32,000 nucleotides of DNA from Alkalimarinus alittae (GCF_026016465.1 NZ_CP100390.1:3939078-3971077); one strand, 5' to 3'. Shown: positions 18,510 through 28,209, counted from the first letter of the stretch. The notes: a model not told the origin generated them from the letters alone. Program-made: numbers and translations.

Positions 18510-18701
18510 TTAAGCCGCTGTACGCGATTCAAGCCATTGACGGATATCTGACTCTTTCCATCCAACCGCATTGGGGGATAGTTGAATTCTTTGCGGGAAA
18601 GAACCCGACTGTTCCAACCGCCAGATCGTTGAACGACTTAACGAAGTGCGCTTTTTAACTTCAGGGAATCGAAGGATAAAATCTTGTAAATCATTAGACA
18701 T
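18510..18701 (-). CDS. alpA: AlpA-family transcriptional regulator / excisionase-like (63 aa)
   Basis: LRFPEVKKRTSLSRSTIWRLEQSGSFPQRIQLSPNAVGWKESDIRQWLESR is the AlpA/MerR-type phage HTH. ATG at 18701 with GGAGA 7 nt upstream is preferred over the 96-aa form (to 18800). Confidence 0.85.
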   Translation of the reverse strand: MSNDLQDFILRFPEVKKRTSLSRSTIWRLEQSGSFPQRIQLSPNAVGWKESDIRQWLESRTAA

Positions 18702-18790
18702 GTTTATGTCTCCAATATATTTGGATTTATAAAATGTCCGACTAAGGGAGGGCAGCCTCATCCAAAAGTGGAAGTAGTCTTTTAAGACTA

Positions 18791-18848
18791 AATCTTGCAT
18801 TATTTTGCTAGCAAGATTAAGCTGTATTCATCTTAACTGTCAGTTAAG
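18791..18848. promoter_or_regulatory. Candidate operator sites upstream of the alpA operon
   Basis: Inverted repeat aatcttgc-N12-gcaagatt (18791-18818) and 17-bp palindrome cttaactgTcagttaag (18832-18848), both in the int-alpA intergenic region. Confidence 0.3.
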
Positions 18849-19411
18849 GTTTATTATTTTTATGCGGGTAGCAAAAAATAAATCCTCGTCCATATCATCG
18901 GACGTTGCGTATTGGTGTTCAACTACCAGTACAAAAAACGCCTTGATCTGAATGCGCCAACATTCTAATCGGGGCTTTTTTTTGTCTGGCTTTTGGTTTC
19001 GCTCAAATAGTCATAGCAATCGGTGACTTGGAGCGGAACCTGTTGAGCAGCAACATCACGAATATATCACAACGTATCAATATTTAAAGAATGAAAAAAA
19101 TATTTTCACACACACCATATAGTGCTCTTAGCGCCTCCTCCTCCATATATAAAGTGTTTTGAAAGTACGAACTCGGCACAATTTGGCTCAATACCATACT
19201 TTTTAACGGTTTTTGCTTGCTTACCCTAGTAGAAATAATGCTCCGCCAGTATAATCCGCCCCACCTTAAACAAACCAAGACATTAAAAGCATATTTTATA
19301 TTCCAAAATAATCTAAAAAAACCTAACAAAACAGACCTAATTAACAGTATCTGTCATGCTAATTCAGTTATTTAGCTAATTTTGGCAGAAGAATATAAGC
19401 GCCCCTAATTC

Positions 19412-20761
19412 TTACGCCTGCTTTTTAAGAAGTGTGACGTTATCTTTAGGCTCGATAATCAACTTTAAAATATCGTTCCACTGAGCCATAACCGCCCTTT
19501 TCTCTTCTAAGTAGTCGTGACGGTCATAGTGCTTGGTTGCAATATCATTTAACGAATGATTATGAATGCGGTCCCTTAACTCCTTCCTGATACCGTGACG
19601 CGCCATAATCGTTTTACAGGTTCGCCTTATATCACCCGCCTTAAAACCTACCCCTTTATGATCATCACGATACCGACTAAGCGCCAAAGGGATAGAGTCA
19701 GCACGAATAGCACTGTTTTTGCTACTCCCACAAGAACCACCCGCGAACGGGTAAACAGAAGCCCCCGTTATTGGTTTAAGCTCAATCAATACAGCCATAG
19801 CTAAATCATTCAATGGCACCACATGAGGGCGCACTTGCGACCCTTTACCCTTACTGTCCAGTATCTCCATTGTTCTTGCTTCTAAGTCGAACCGCTCCCA
19901 AGGTGTACTAAGTATCTGCTGTATTCTCTGGCCGCCCACTGCCAAGGCAAAGCGAATAAAAAGTGACATCACTAGACCCACGCCAACCGTTTTTTGAAGG
20001 TTGTGCCATAAGTCTTTTATCTCACTTTCTGAAATAACAGTATCGCCTGCTTTTTCGAAATCGGTTTGTCTCGGGATTGGTGCTACAGGGTTAAACGAAA
20101 TGCTAAAGCGGGTGGCTTCATCTAAATATATGCGGGGGTTGTTCTCTTGCTTCATGCCATGATTGAAGGCAGCTAATAGATAAGACCTTACTCTATTGGT
20201 TTGGGTAGTTATTCCATTCTCAATCATGCGAGCCAATACGCCTTTAATTTCCTGTGTGGTTACGTCTTTGGCCTTTTTCATCTTCAACTTTGGATAGGGT
20301 TTAAATACTGAACGATCAATGCTCCTTTCCACCTCTCTTGCGCTTGGCTTGCCTGCTGCTCGCATCTGACCAACATACGATTGTACCAACTGCTCAAATG
20401 TTCCTAGAGCCTTTTTAATCTCCCTTTGCCTTTTTGCCTCTTCTTGCGCTTGCGCCTGATCATCCAGTACACCCTTAACGTCCTTTACTTCACGATAGAC
20501 CTTGCTCAACTCCTGAGCCTTGCCTCTAGCCTCAACTAACGATAAGCCCGCCATAGTTTTTGATGATTTGTAATTGCCGACTTTCACAAGCTTACGGCTA
20601 GCGCCATCGTTATACTTAAAGTAGAACTCGCCTTTTGGTCCACTGCGAACCTTAAACACAAGAGAACCGCTACCTCGACCACCCAAAGGCTCTGTCACCT
20701 GCTTTCCCTTGTTTGAATTATCGGGCTTCAGAAAAGCTTTAAGTTCTTTATCGGTAAACAT
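19412..20761 (-). CDS. int: Tyrosine-type site-specific integrase (P4-like, N-terminal arm-binding DUF4102-type domain)
   Basis: 449 aa. The N-terminus (GSLVFKVRSGPKGEFYFKY) is typical of P4-family integrases. The C-terminal catalytic region has GDIRRT...HNHSLNDIATKHYDRHDY, and the gene is adjacent to attR. Confidence 0.9.
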   Translation of the reverse strand: MFTDKELKAFLKPDNSNKGKQVTEPLGGRGSGSLVFKVRSGPKGEFYFKYNDGASRKLVKVGNYKSSKTMAGLSLVEARGKAQELSKVYREVKDVKGVLDDQAQAQEEAKRQREIKKALGTFEQLVQSYVGQMRAAGKPSAREVERSIDRSVFKPYPKLKMKKAKDVTTQEIKGVLARMIENGITTQTNRVRSYLLAAFNHGMKQENNPRIYLDEATRFSISFNPVAPIPRQTDFEKAGDTVISESEIKDLWHNLQKTVGVGLVMSLFIRFALAVGGQRIQQILSTPWERFDLEARTMEILDSKGKGSQVRPHVVPLNDLAMAVLIELKPITGASVYPFAGGSCGSSKNSAIRADSIPLALSRYRDDHKGVGFKAGDIRRTCKTIMARHGIRKELRDRIHNHSLNDIATKHYDRHDYLEEKRAVMAQWNDILKLIIEPKDNVTLLKKQA

Positions 20762-20780
20762 TGCGTATATTCCCTACTTA

Positions 20781-20847
20781 TTTGGTGACCCTTTCTAGCT
20801 GTGAGCGGTGACTGCTGCTAGGATTTGGTGACCCTAGTGGTGACCCT
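20781..20847 (+). repeat. Arm-type repeats, right end (TTTGGTGACCCT at 20781; 25-mer at 20823-20847)
   Basis: Perfect 25-bp copy of 15982-16006, plus an extra tttggtgaccct and a degenerate cggtgactg copy. It lies between the int start and attR. Confidence 0.7.
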
Positions 20848-20973
20848 TCAGTGCGAGATACTATGATATACACTGAAACAAGGCGACACAATGAAATATT
20901 ATTTATACTTTAAATTCAATAGTTTAATTAAAAAATAGGACAATATGATATAAACTGAAACAATATAAAAATG

Positions 20974-21022
20974 GACTCATAATCGGTAGGTCCCCTGTTC
21001 AAGTCAGGGAGGAGGCACCATT
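20974..21022 (+). repeat. attR core (duplicated tRNA 3' fragment, from the anticodon loop to CCA+2)
   Basis: Perfect 49/49 identity with 15882-15930. No 5' tRNA half lies upstream, so this is not a functional tRNA. Confidence 0.9.
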
Positions 21023-21126
21023 CCCCCTCAGCAACATATTCAAAAACGCCTCTACACACCAATAGCTATTTAAGTCCGTTTTTATAAGCTAGACTTACAA
21101 GACAATAACCAGTTGAGACTTAACAA

Positions 21127-22008
21127 GTGAACAGAAAGCAGGCATTTAATCTGGTGCTAGCAGTCATCACTAGCTCTTCAATATTTTTTACTCTGCAAAC
21201 TAATGCATCAGAGTTATCCTATACGGTTAGCGAAACCGCGCACGCTCTAAACACACCAGATAAGACCAACGTTTCTGTGTGCGGGGTCGATATCGCAAGC
21301 CCCCCTTATTTTCTGTTCTCCTCAGCACAAACACCTAAGTCTGGTGAGCATCGAGGCATAACGTACGACTTGATGAAGGAAGTTTCACAGCAATTAAATA
21401 TCAATATAGAAATATTACGCTTTCCATGGAAGCGCTGCCTTACGATGCTTAAAAAAGGGACTACTGACGGCGTAATAGGGGCATCATTCATCGATAAACG
21501 TACTTTGTTTGGGCACTATCCTACAACGCCTACAGGGCTTATAGACCAAAATCGAGTGATGTTTACCAGTGTTTATTGGTTATATACTAACAGCCCATCC
21601 ATTTTGTGGAATGGCAGGTCACTAACGCTTCCTGATAATGGAATAGCCGCTACTAATTTAGGTTACTCTTCAGTAGGTTTGCTAGAGAAGTTGGGGATAA
21701 ATGTTCATGAAGAACACCAACCATCAAGACTAGTCACTATGCTGATGAGTAACCGACCGGTCTTGATTGCAGGCTATGAAAATCAGCTTAAGCCATTGAT
21801 ATCAGAAAGCATTAAGAAAAATAAAATCCCAGCAGAAAAAATAAAAAAGCGCCCTACCCCATTAAGCCATGACTATATGTATCTATTGATATCAAAGCCT
21901 TTTTACCGATCTCACAAAGGTATGACTGAAAGCATTTGGAATCTGTTTGGCGAGTTTCATAAAAGCGGGCGCTACCAACAGATAGCTGACACTTACCTTA
22001 AAAAGTAA
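21127..22008 (+). CDS. Periplasmic substrate-binding protein (SBP family 3-like), orphan
   Basis: It has a signal peptide and ITYDLMKEVSQQLNINIEILRFPWKRCLTMLKKGTTDGVIGASF. There are no adjacent permease or ATPase genes. GTG start. Confidence 0.65.
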   Translation: MNRKQAFNLVLAVITSSSIFFTLQTNASELSYTVSETAHALNTPDKTNVSVCGVDIASPPYFLFSSAQTPKSGEHRGITYDLMKEVSQQLNINIEILRFPWKRCLTMLKKGTTDGVIGASFIDKRTLFGHYPTTPTGLIDQNRVMFTSVYWLYTNSPSILWNGRSLTLPDNGIAATNLGYSSVGLLEKLGINVHEEHQPSRLVTMLMSNRPVLIAGYENQLKPLISESIKKNKIPAEKIKKRPTPLSHDYMYLLISKPFYRSHKGMTESIWNLFGEFHKSGRYQQIADTYLKK

Positions 22009-22029
22009 AGCGAACCCAACCTACTGTCC

Positions 22030-23136
22030 TTAGTATTCTATCGAACTTATTTTTTTATCCGTTTGCCGAGCATACTTATTACCGTTTAGCAAAGAGCCAG
22101 AAAAATAAAGACAAGCCAATATAACTGCAGCCATTCCTGCCTTGTCTAGCAATGGCAGGTTGAACTGTTCAAACAGTAAGTGACTGATCAGCGGTAGCGA
22201 TACCATAAACAGTACTACTGATAGAACTTTACGCCTAATACTTACTTTAGGGTCATACTTTTGGTAACGGTCAATATCATAAGGCTGCCAAGGGTCATTT
22301 TGAGTAACATCCGCTGGGCGCCACCCTGTAGGCATAAACCAAAGCTTTAGTTTGTCACCCCAACGCTGCGTACTGACAGCATCTTTCCAAAGTCGAGCCC
22401 ACCAATCTATATGAGCATGCAAAGGGTTCCAACTACGATAAGGTTTACGCACACCAAAAACACAGGGCTCAGATTCTCGCTCATCTGCCCATGTTCCGAA
22501 CAGTTTATCCCATAGCATGATAACGCCGCCGTAATTCCTATCCACATAGATAGCGTTAACGGCATGATGTACTCGGTGAGCAGACGGCGTATTAAAAATA
22601 CCTTCTATCAAAGAAACACGGCCAATAGCTCGGGTATGTATCCAGAACTGGAAAAACTTATTCAATAACAGCACCGCTGCAAACACCTCAACCGGACAAC
22701 CCATAAGCGCCATAGGTAAAAACACTGGGAAGTTTAACGTATCTTGAAGTGCTCCCTGCCTGAGCGCAACGGTGAAGTTATATTCTTCACTTTGATGATG
22801 CGGCAGATGACCGCTCCACATAAAGTTCACCGTATGAGATAAACGGTGGCCCCAGTAGTAAAAAAAATCATACACGAAGAAAAAGATAATCCACGTTAAA
22901 GCAGCACTCATATCCCATTCAAAGATACCCCAAGCTCGGCTCAAATAATCAAAGAATAAAAACAATCCACCTTTGGTGAACACTTCAAAAATGAGTGTCA
23001 CAATACCGCACGACAAGTTAGTCAAACTGTCATTTATGCGTAACTTTTCTTTATTTTTCCGCCAGAAAAAAAACGCCTCTAACGCAATAAAAAGCAGGAA
23101 AAAGGGAATGGAGAACGCGACGTAATGATCAACCAT
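22030..23136 (-). CDS. Fatty acid hydroxylase superfamily (sterol desaturase-family) membrane protein
   Basis: Histidine boxes HRLSH, HLPHH and HRVHH, with multiple TM segments and a C-terminal TM extension. Confidence 0.8.
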   Translation of the reverse strand: MVDHYVAFSIPFFLLFIALEAFFFWRKNKEKLRINDSLTNLSCGIVTLIFEVFTKGGLFLFFDYLSRAWGIFEWDMSAALTWIIFFFVYDFFYYWGHRLSHTVNFMWSGHLPHHQSEEYNFTVALRQGALQDTLNFPVFLPMALMGCPVEVFAAVLLLNKFFQFWIHTRAIGRVSLIEGIFNTPSAHRVHHAVNAIYVDRNYGGVIMLWDKLFGTWADERESEPCVFGVRKPYRSWNPLHAHIDWWARLWKDAVSTQRWGDKLKLWFMPTGWRPADVTQNDPWQPYDIDRYQKYDPKVSIRRKVLSVVLFMVSLPLISHLLFEQFNLPLLDKAGMAAVILACLYFSGSLLNGNKYARQTDKKISSIEY

Positions 23137-23403
23137 TGGCTTATCTCAATATTGTTAACGTGATAACCTCAAAATAGGGTTAATTTCTTATCATTTATAA
23201 TCTACACAGTTTGATAAAAACAACTTGTCGAAATAAGCCACATAGTTGCTAAATCATGCCACTGACTTTTATTATAGCGTTAAATTTAAACCCCACTGCT
23301 AGCCCTATCGCTTCGGCTCGTTTAATATTGATCATCAACGATAGCAAACATCAGCGACCTCTCTAGCATTCACAAAACAAGCAATACGGAACCCAGTAGT
23401 GAT

Positions 23404-25113
23404 ATGGACAAACGCCTTTCTTCTCGAATTTCCAACTTAGTATTGATTGTTTTTCTAGTGGTCATAGTGCTGCTATCAGTAATAAAGTTAATATTCCCTG
23501 CTGAAAATTACCGCCAACAAATTACCGCCCAGTTAACCAATATAACAGGTCAACCTATCGAGATCAGTGGCGCTCTTGAGTGGTATTTATCACCCTTCCC
23601 TAGCCTTTACGCAGACAGTATTATCGCGCGCAACTCAGACTTTAGACTAGATGAAGTGAGTGTTTCATTTAGCATGCTTGACCTAGCGAGGTTTAAAGTG
23701 ACTCCAACCGAGCTTAGGGTTGAGAAAGCTTACTCACTATTTAACGTAAAAGCAGAGCCGCTCTTCGAGCAGGCGACGATCCGTTTTAACCCAGCGGGCA
23801 CTCTTCCTAATTCATTCGAATTAATTACCCGTCATAACTCCCTATTAAGGGGCGAGGGCTTAAACGTAAGAGGCCATATAGAACATCTCGATGCAGGTCG
23901 CTTTCATATTGAGGGAACACTAATCAATATGAGCGAAGCGAGACAAGGCGAAAAAGAGCCATTTGAAAACACCAGCCTTAATGTCGATTTAGCTCAAGGT
24001 GAGAATCCCAACGCTCATACGTTTGACTTGAGACTATCAGCCGGTGATCTGATCGTGTCGTCTAGCGGTCAATTAACAACATCCAAACAACAGGTGTCTG
24101 TCGAGTTTGCCCAAATAAAGACGCCCAATATGACGCTATCGGGTCAGTCCACTTGGCTGCGAGAGTCATCATCAATCCACAACACATTTCAGGGCAAGCG
24201 TATTGCGATTCCAGATATTTGCTTTGAAAAGCCTTACCGTTCAAACAGCGTCTATTGCTACGACCTTGCAATGCTGATGATGCTTCCAGGCCAGAACGCC
24301 CTGCAAGCCAATACGTTAGACGTTCATCAGCAAACCCTGAAAGATTTAAATCTTAGTTGGCAAATTTCCGATGGGGAAATTATTATCAATCATGCAACGG
24401 CTCAGGCGATGGGTGGCACATTAAACTTAAACGGAGGCTTTGTACTGGCTTCAAGTAGCTGGAATTTTTCTCTGCAAAGCCAACAAATACAGATAGAAAC
24501 ACTGCTGAGTGCATTCGATCTCAAACCCCAACTTTTTGGTACCGGCAGCATAAATCTTACAGGTAGCGGCGAGCTTAAAGACAACTCACTCGAAAATCAT
24601 AAGATTAGCGGCGAAGTCGTTATTACCAACGGCAAAACGGCGCTATTTAACCTCGAAAAAGAGCTCTGCACTCAGGTTAAAGGCGTTGTCATTACAGACT
24701 CTACCACTACCCCTTTTCAACGTTTAACGGTAAGCATTGAAAAAGAAAATAATCATTTAAAAATACCCTACTTTATCAGTCAGCTTGATGGCGCGACTAT
24801 TAGTGGACAAGGCAAGGTGACACAAGACAACAGCGTTAGCCTCAATATGAATATTAAGCTTGATAAGCAAGAGTGGTCACTCTGCAAACTCCCTCGAGCC
24901 CTGACCGGTGTAGACTGGCCACTCACCTGCAAAAAACAACTTAGCGGTGCTGGAAACTGTAATATTAATTTTAAGCAAATGGGGTTAAGTGCACTGCTTC
25001 TTGCTGAAGACCCCGAGCGAAAAGACAAAGCTAAACAGCAATTTAAAGAACTAAAAGAAAGCAAAAAAGTAAAAAAAGTCCTTAACCGATTAGAAAAATG
25101 GTTAGAGGAATAA
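23404..25113 (+). CDS. AsmA-family protein
   Basis: N-terminal TM anchor followed by a long beta-rich periplasmic region. The N-terminal motif ...QQITAQLTNITGQPIEISGALEW... is typical of AsmA-like proteins. Confidence 0.65.
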   Translation: MDKRLSSRISNLVLIVFLVVIVLLSVIKLIFPAENYRQQITAQLTNITGQPIEISGALEWYLSPFPSLYADSIIARNSDFRLDEVSVSFSMLDLARFKVTPTELRVEKAYSLFNVKAEPLFEQATIRFNPAGTLPNSFELITRHNSLLRGEGLNVRGHIEHLDAGRFHIEGTLINMSEARQGEKEPFENTSLNVDLAQGENPNAHTFDLRLSAGDLIVSSSGQLTTSKQQVSVEFAQIKTPNMTLSGQSTWLRESSSIHNTFQGKRIAIPDICFEKPYRSNSVYCYDLAMLMMLPGQNALQANTLDVHQQTLKDLNLSWQISDGEIIINHATAQAMGGTLNLNGGFVLASSSWNFSLQSQQIQIETLLSAFDLKPQLFGTGSINLTGSGELKDNSLENHKISGEVVITNGKTALFNLEKELCTQVKGVVITDSTTTPFQRLTVSIEKENNHLKIPYFISQLDGATISGQGKVTQDNSVSLNMNIKLDKQEWSLCKLPRALTGVDWPLTCKKQLSGAGNCNINFKQMGLSALLLAEDPERKDKAKQQFKELKESKKVKKVLNRLEKWLEE

Positions 25114-25207
25114 CCAGGTTTAACCAACTATTGCATTAATCATGCAGCCGCTCACGATTAGCCTATACTTTTATGAACAATTAACAAAGTATTGCTCAGA
25201 GGGCACG

Positions 25208-26833
25208 ATGGACTGGTTAAACAAAAGTATATTTAACAAACTACTCACCATCATTGGTGGGGGCTGCGTAGTAATCACATTTGCTGCATTTTTTTATTTC
25301 AGTAAAGCGTCTTCGGGTTTTTCAGCTTATCAATCAGTCATTAATGTCGACGACCGTAACGCGATAGAAGTATCTATCATACTGGCTGAATTCAAAGGGC
25401 AAGTTCAAGAGTGGAAAAACATACTGATTAGAGGTTCTGACCCCAGCAACCTTAATAAATACTGGGGTCGCTTTGAAGAGCAGGAAGCTAAAGTCCAATC
25501 AATGAGTCAAGCGCTAAAAAAGCACCTTACTAAGCCACAAGAGATCGACTTGATCACCCGTTTTCTAGCCTCACACAAAAAAATGGGACAGGATTATCGC
25601 AAAGGCCTTGCAGACTTCAAGGCAGCCAACTTTGATATAATGAGTGGGGATGAAGCCGTAAAAGGTATTGATAGAGAACCCAGTAAGTTACTCGCTGATG
25701 CGGTAAGGTCTATTCAAGATGATGCGAAGGCTCACTCAATCAAAATTGAAGAGGAAGTGCAATCTGCAACAATTATCGCGGCTGGGTTACTTTTTGGCAG
25801 TATTGTGATTTTCGCAGCAGTAGCGCTTTCTACCGTCAACATTGCACTAGTAAAACCTAGCAGAGAATTAGCTAAAGCAATTGATGACCTTAGCCAAGGC
25901 TACCTCAATAACGACATTTCGATTCATCGACGTGATGAATTAGGCACACTCGCCGATGCATCGAGAAGACTACAATCCTTTCTTTCGGGCATCTCTAAAC
26001 AACTCAAAGAAACAACGGTTAGTTTAGATCAAGCCTCAGGTTCACTCAGTACCGCTTGCGAGACAATGACTGAAAATGCACAGCAAGGCCATTCGCGCAC
26101 AGATCAAATAGCTGCTGCAATGCAAGAAATGACCGCCACAGCACAAGAAGTGGCTAGCCACGCAAGCACTGCAGCCGGTTTAACCGTCGACGCTGACTCA
26201 GCGTCCAGTGATGGCCTTAAAACCATGCATCAGGCACAGAGTTCAATCAATCGATTAGCTGAGCAAGTCGAAGACAATGTAGAAACAGTGAATACACTGG
26301 CTGAAAAAACAAATAACGTAGGTACCGTTCTCGGCGTTATTAGAGCTATCGCTGAACAGACCAACCTGCTCGCACTCAATGCTGCGATTGAAGCGGCTAG
26401 AGCAGGAGAACATGGCCGCGGTTTCTCGGTTGTAGCAGATGAAGTCAGAACACTAGCGCAGCGCACTCAAGAGTCTACCGCGGAAATAGAAGGCATTATT
26501 GATAGCGTTCAAGAAAGTGCTAGAAATATGGTGACGGTAATGGAAAGCAGCCGAACCGTAACCAGTGAAAGCGCATCGTTCTTTAACGATGCTACCGTAA
26601 AACTGGAGCAAATATCAGGCAGTATTTCTGATATCACGTCTCTAATCGAACAAGTGGCGACTGCAGCAGAAGAACAAACCAGTACCTCTGAAGAAATCAC
26701 TCAGAATGTCACTGAGGTTGCAGGACTTACCGAAGAGACAGCAGAAATAGCAGAGCATACTCGCTCTACTTCAGATCAACTATCCAACTTATCATTAACC
26801 ACCTCTAAACTGAGTCAACAATTTAAATCTTAA
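25208..26833 (+). CDS. Methyl-accepting chemotaxis protein
   Basis: Two TM segments, HAMP, and the highly conserved signalling domain ([37 protein letters not shown]). ATG at 25208 is preferred over 25142. Confidence 0.9.
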   Translation: MDWLNKSIFNKLLTIIGGGCVVITFAAFFYFSKASSGFSAYQSVINVDDRNAIEVSIILAEFKGQVQEWKNILIRGSDPSNLNKYWGRFEEQEAKVQSMSQALKKHLTKPQEIDLITRFLASHKKMGQDYRKGLADFKAANFDIMSGDEAVKGIDREPSKLLADAVRSIQDDAKAHSIKIEEEVQSATIIAAGLLFGSIVIFAAVALSTVNIALVKPSRELAKAIDDLSQGYLNNDISIHRRDELGTLADASRRLQSFLSGISKQLKETTVSLDQASGSLSTACETMTENAQQGHSRTDQIAAAMQEMTATAQEVASHASTAAGLTVDADSASSDGLKTMHQAQSSINRLAEQVEDNVETVNTLAEKTNNVGTVLGVIRAIAEQTNLLALNAAIEAARAGEHGRGFSVVADEVRTLAQRTQESTAEIEGIIDSVQESARNMVTVMESSRTVTSESASFFNDATVKLEQISGSISDITSLIEQVATAAEEQTSTSEEITQNVTEVAGLTEETAEIAEHTRSTSDQLSNLSLTTSKLSQQFKS

Positions 26834-26835
26834 AA

Positions 26836-28209
26836 CTATTGCTTAGCATCAGGTGTTATTAAGCGATAAACATACGTGGCATGTTCCCCTGCGAGCCGTC
26901 GGGGGAATACCGCAACAGCCTCACCATAGCGCTGAACAGGGTTATAACTCATCCGCCATGCACCGCCTGACCATAACCAAGCAGCCTGTTGCTGATACCA
27001 TGCATCTGCAACACGTCTTTTAGTTTGATACTCTTTTGCAAGCTCTACCCCTTCATTCGTGATAATAACCCCTTCATAACGCCCTTCTGATGACTGGGTC
27101 TCTAGCCAGCTCAACGCCTGCTGAATAGCCGGAGGGGTGAATGGCAACTGATGAGCCTGCAACAGTGAAAAGGCAACGACCATTGATGCTAACGCTGCCG
27201 TTAATCTAACGTATAGCGTTTCAATCGATGACAGCATTAGTGAAATAATCATCACCGCCAACACCATGACTGGGAGAAAGTGACGTAGATTATCGGGGTT
27301 TTGAAACAATAATGTCCACAGTAGAATAAACACAAAACTAACAATGAGCCCCTGTGCGGCCCTATGCTTAACCCATACTACACAACATCCTAGCAGCAAT
27401 ATTACCGTTAAACACACTAACTGCCACTCACCCCCAATATAATCAGAGACAACATACCACCACGACACTCGAGTAGTCTCATTAAGGCTGGTATTGCCCC
27501 AGACTAAAAAGTGCCCACGAATAAACCGATACGCCTCCTCAAACAGTGCAAGACCATCTTTAGAGTACATATAAATAGCGCTCAACAATAACGGCACGCT
27601 AATAGCCATTATGATTAGCTTAGTCTGATGCCGGTGCTGTCGTAGCAGGAAGCCTATCAACGGTAATACAAGCAGAAGGTACGAGGGTCTAATAGTCAGC
27701 ATCACACCCGATAAAAACCCAGATAGCACGGGCTGGGCCCTTAACAAAAATAACAGTACGAGCAACCAGCTTAACAAACCAGGCCCATCTGATAAGCCAC
27801 TTAATGCTACCGATATCAACAACGGCTGAAAATAGAGTATTGCTGCCACTGCAAGTGGAATATAGCGCCCAACCTGAAGCGTATTTAAGATCAGAAAAAC
27901 AACTACAGGAATCATCGAAGTCAGCATTAAGACCACAATATGCAATGCCTGATAGTCACTTGAAAAGAGCCAACTCAACGATTTAACTAAAAGTACGAGG
28001 CCTGCATAGCCGGGAAAGTGAGGAGAAAACTCAACGACGCTAAAATGACTGATACCGCGACTCAGAAAAAGCGCATCGTCATTAGCTGGTAGAGCTGGAA
28101 ACTGACACCAGTGGTATAAGGTTACGGAGACTAACGTAAGCAGTAAAGTATAAATGAATATCAAGCGAGGCGCCTGAGCACGCCAACCTATAGCAGGAAT
28201 CCCAAGCAT
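26836..28209 (-). CDS. Polytopic membrane protein, GT-C-fold glycosyltransferase-like (PMT/ArnT/DUF2723-type)
   Basis: About 10 or more TM segments. The first loop has NDDALFL...SPHFPGYAG, resembling the GT-C Asp motif plus the HPPGYP motif. It has a soluble C-terminal domain, and its ATG overlaps the upstream stop (TAATG). Confidence 0.55.
   Translation of the reverse strand: MLGIPAIGWRAQAPRLIFIYTLLLTLVSVTLYHWCQFPALPANDDALFLSRGISHFSVVEFSPHFPGYAGLVLLVKSLSWLFSSDYQALHIVVLMLTSMIPVVVFLILNTLQVGRYIPLAVAAILYFQPLLISVALSGLSDGPGLLSWLLVLLFLLRAQPVLSGFLSGVMLTIRPSYLLLVLPLIGFLLRQHRHQTKLIIMAISVPLLLSAIYMYSKDGLALFEEAYRFIRGHFLVWGNTSLNETTRVSWWYVVSDYIGGEWQLVCLTVILLLGCCVVWVKHRAAQGLIVSFVFILLWTLLFQNPDNLRHFLPVMVLAVMIISLMLSSIETLYVRLTAALASMVVAFSLLQAHQLPFTPPAIQQALSWLETQSSEGRYEGVIITNEGVELAKEYQTKRRVADAWYQQQAAWLWSGGAWRMSYNPVQRYGEAVAVFPRRLAGEHATYVYRLITPDAKQ

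Larger units (their letters stand above)
15882..21022. mobile_element. About 5.1-kb tRNA-integrated minimal genomic island (integrase + AlpA + YagK/YfjJ-like), bounded by a perfect 49-bp direct repeat
   Basis: The 49-bp sequence gactcataatcggtaggtcccctgttcaagtcagggaggaggcaccatt occurs at 15882-15930 (inside the tRNA) and at 20974-21022. An integrase gene lies inside, and arm-type repeats sit at both ends. Confidence 0.9.

Noticed and set aside
19084-19329. 81-aa minus-strand ORF between int and alpA.
   Set aside because: It has a TTG start, no SD, and an implausible Trp/Phe/Cys-rich sequence in AT-rich DNA.
20974-21022. Second tRNA gene.
   Set aside because: Only the 3' 49 nt are present (anticodon loop to CCA), with no acceptor 5' strand or D-arm upstream. 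This is the att duplication, not a gene.
15931-21022. A recognisable anti-phage defence system as island cargo.
   Set aside because: I found no nuclease, ATPase, reverse transcriptase, methyltransferase, TIR/SIR2, toxin-antitoxin or similar domain in any island ORF. A defence role would have to come from the uncharacterised small proteins or the non-coding region.
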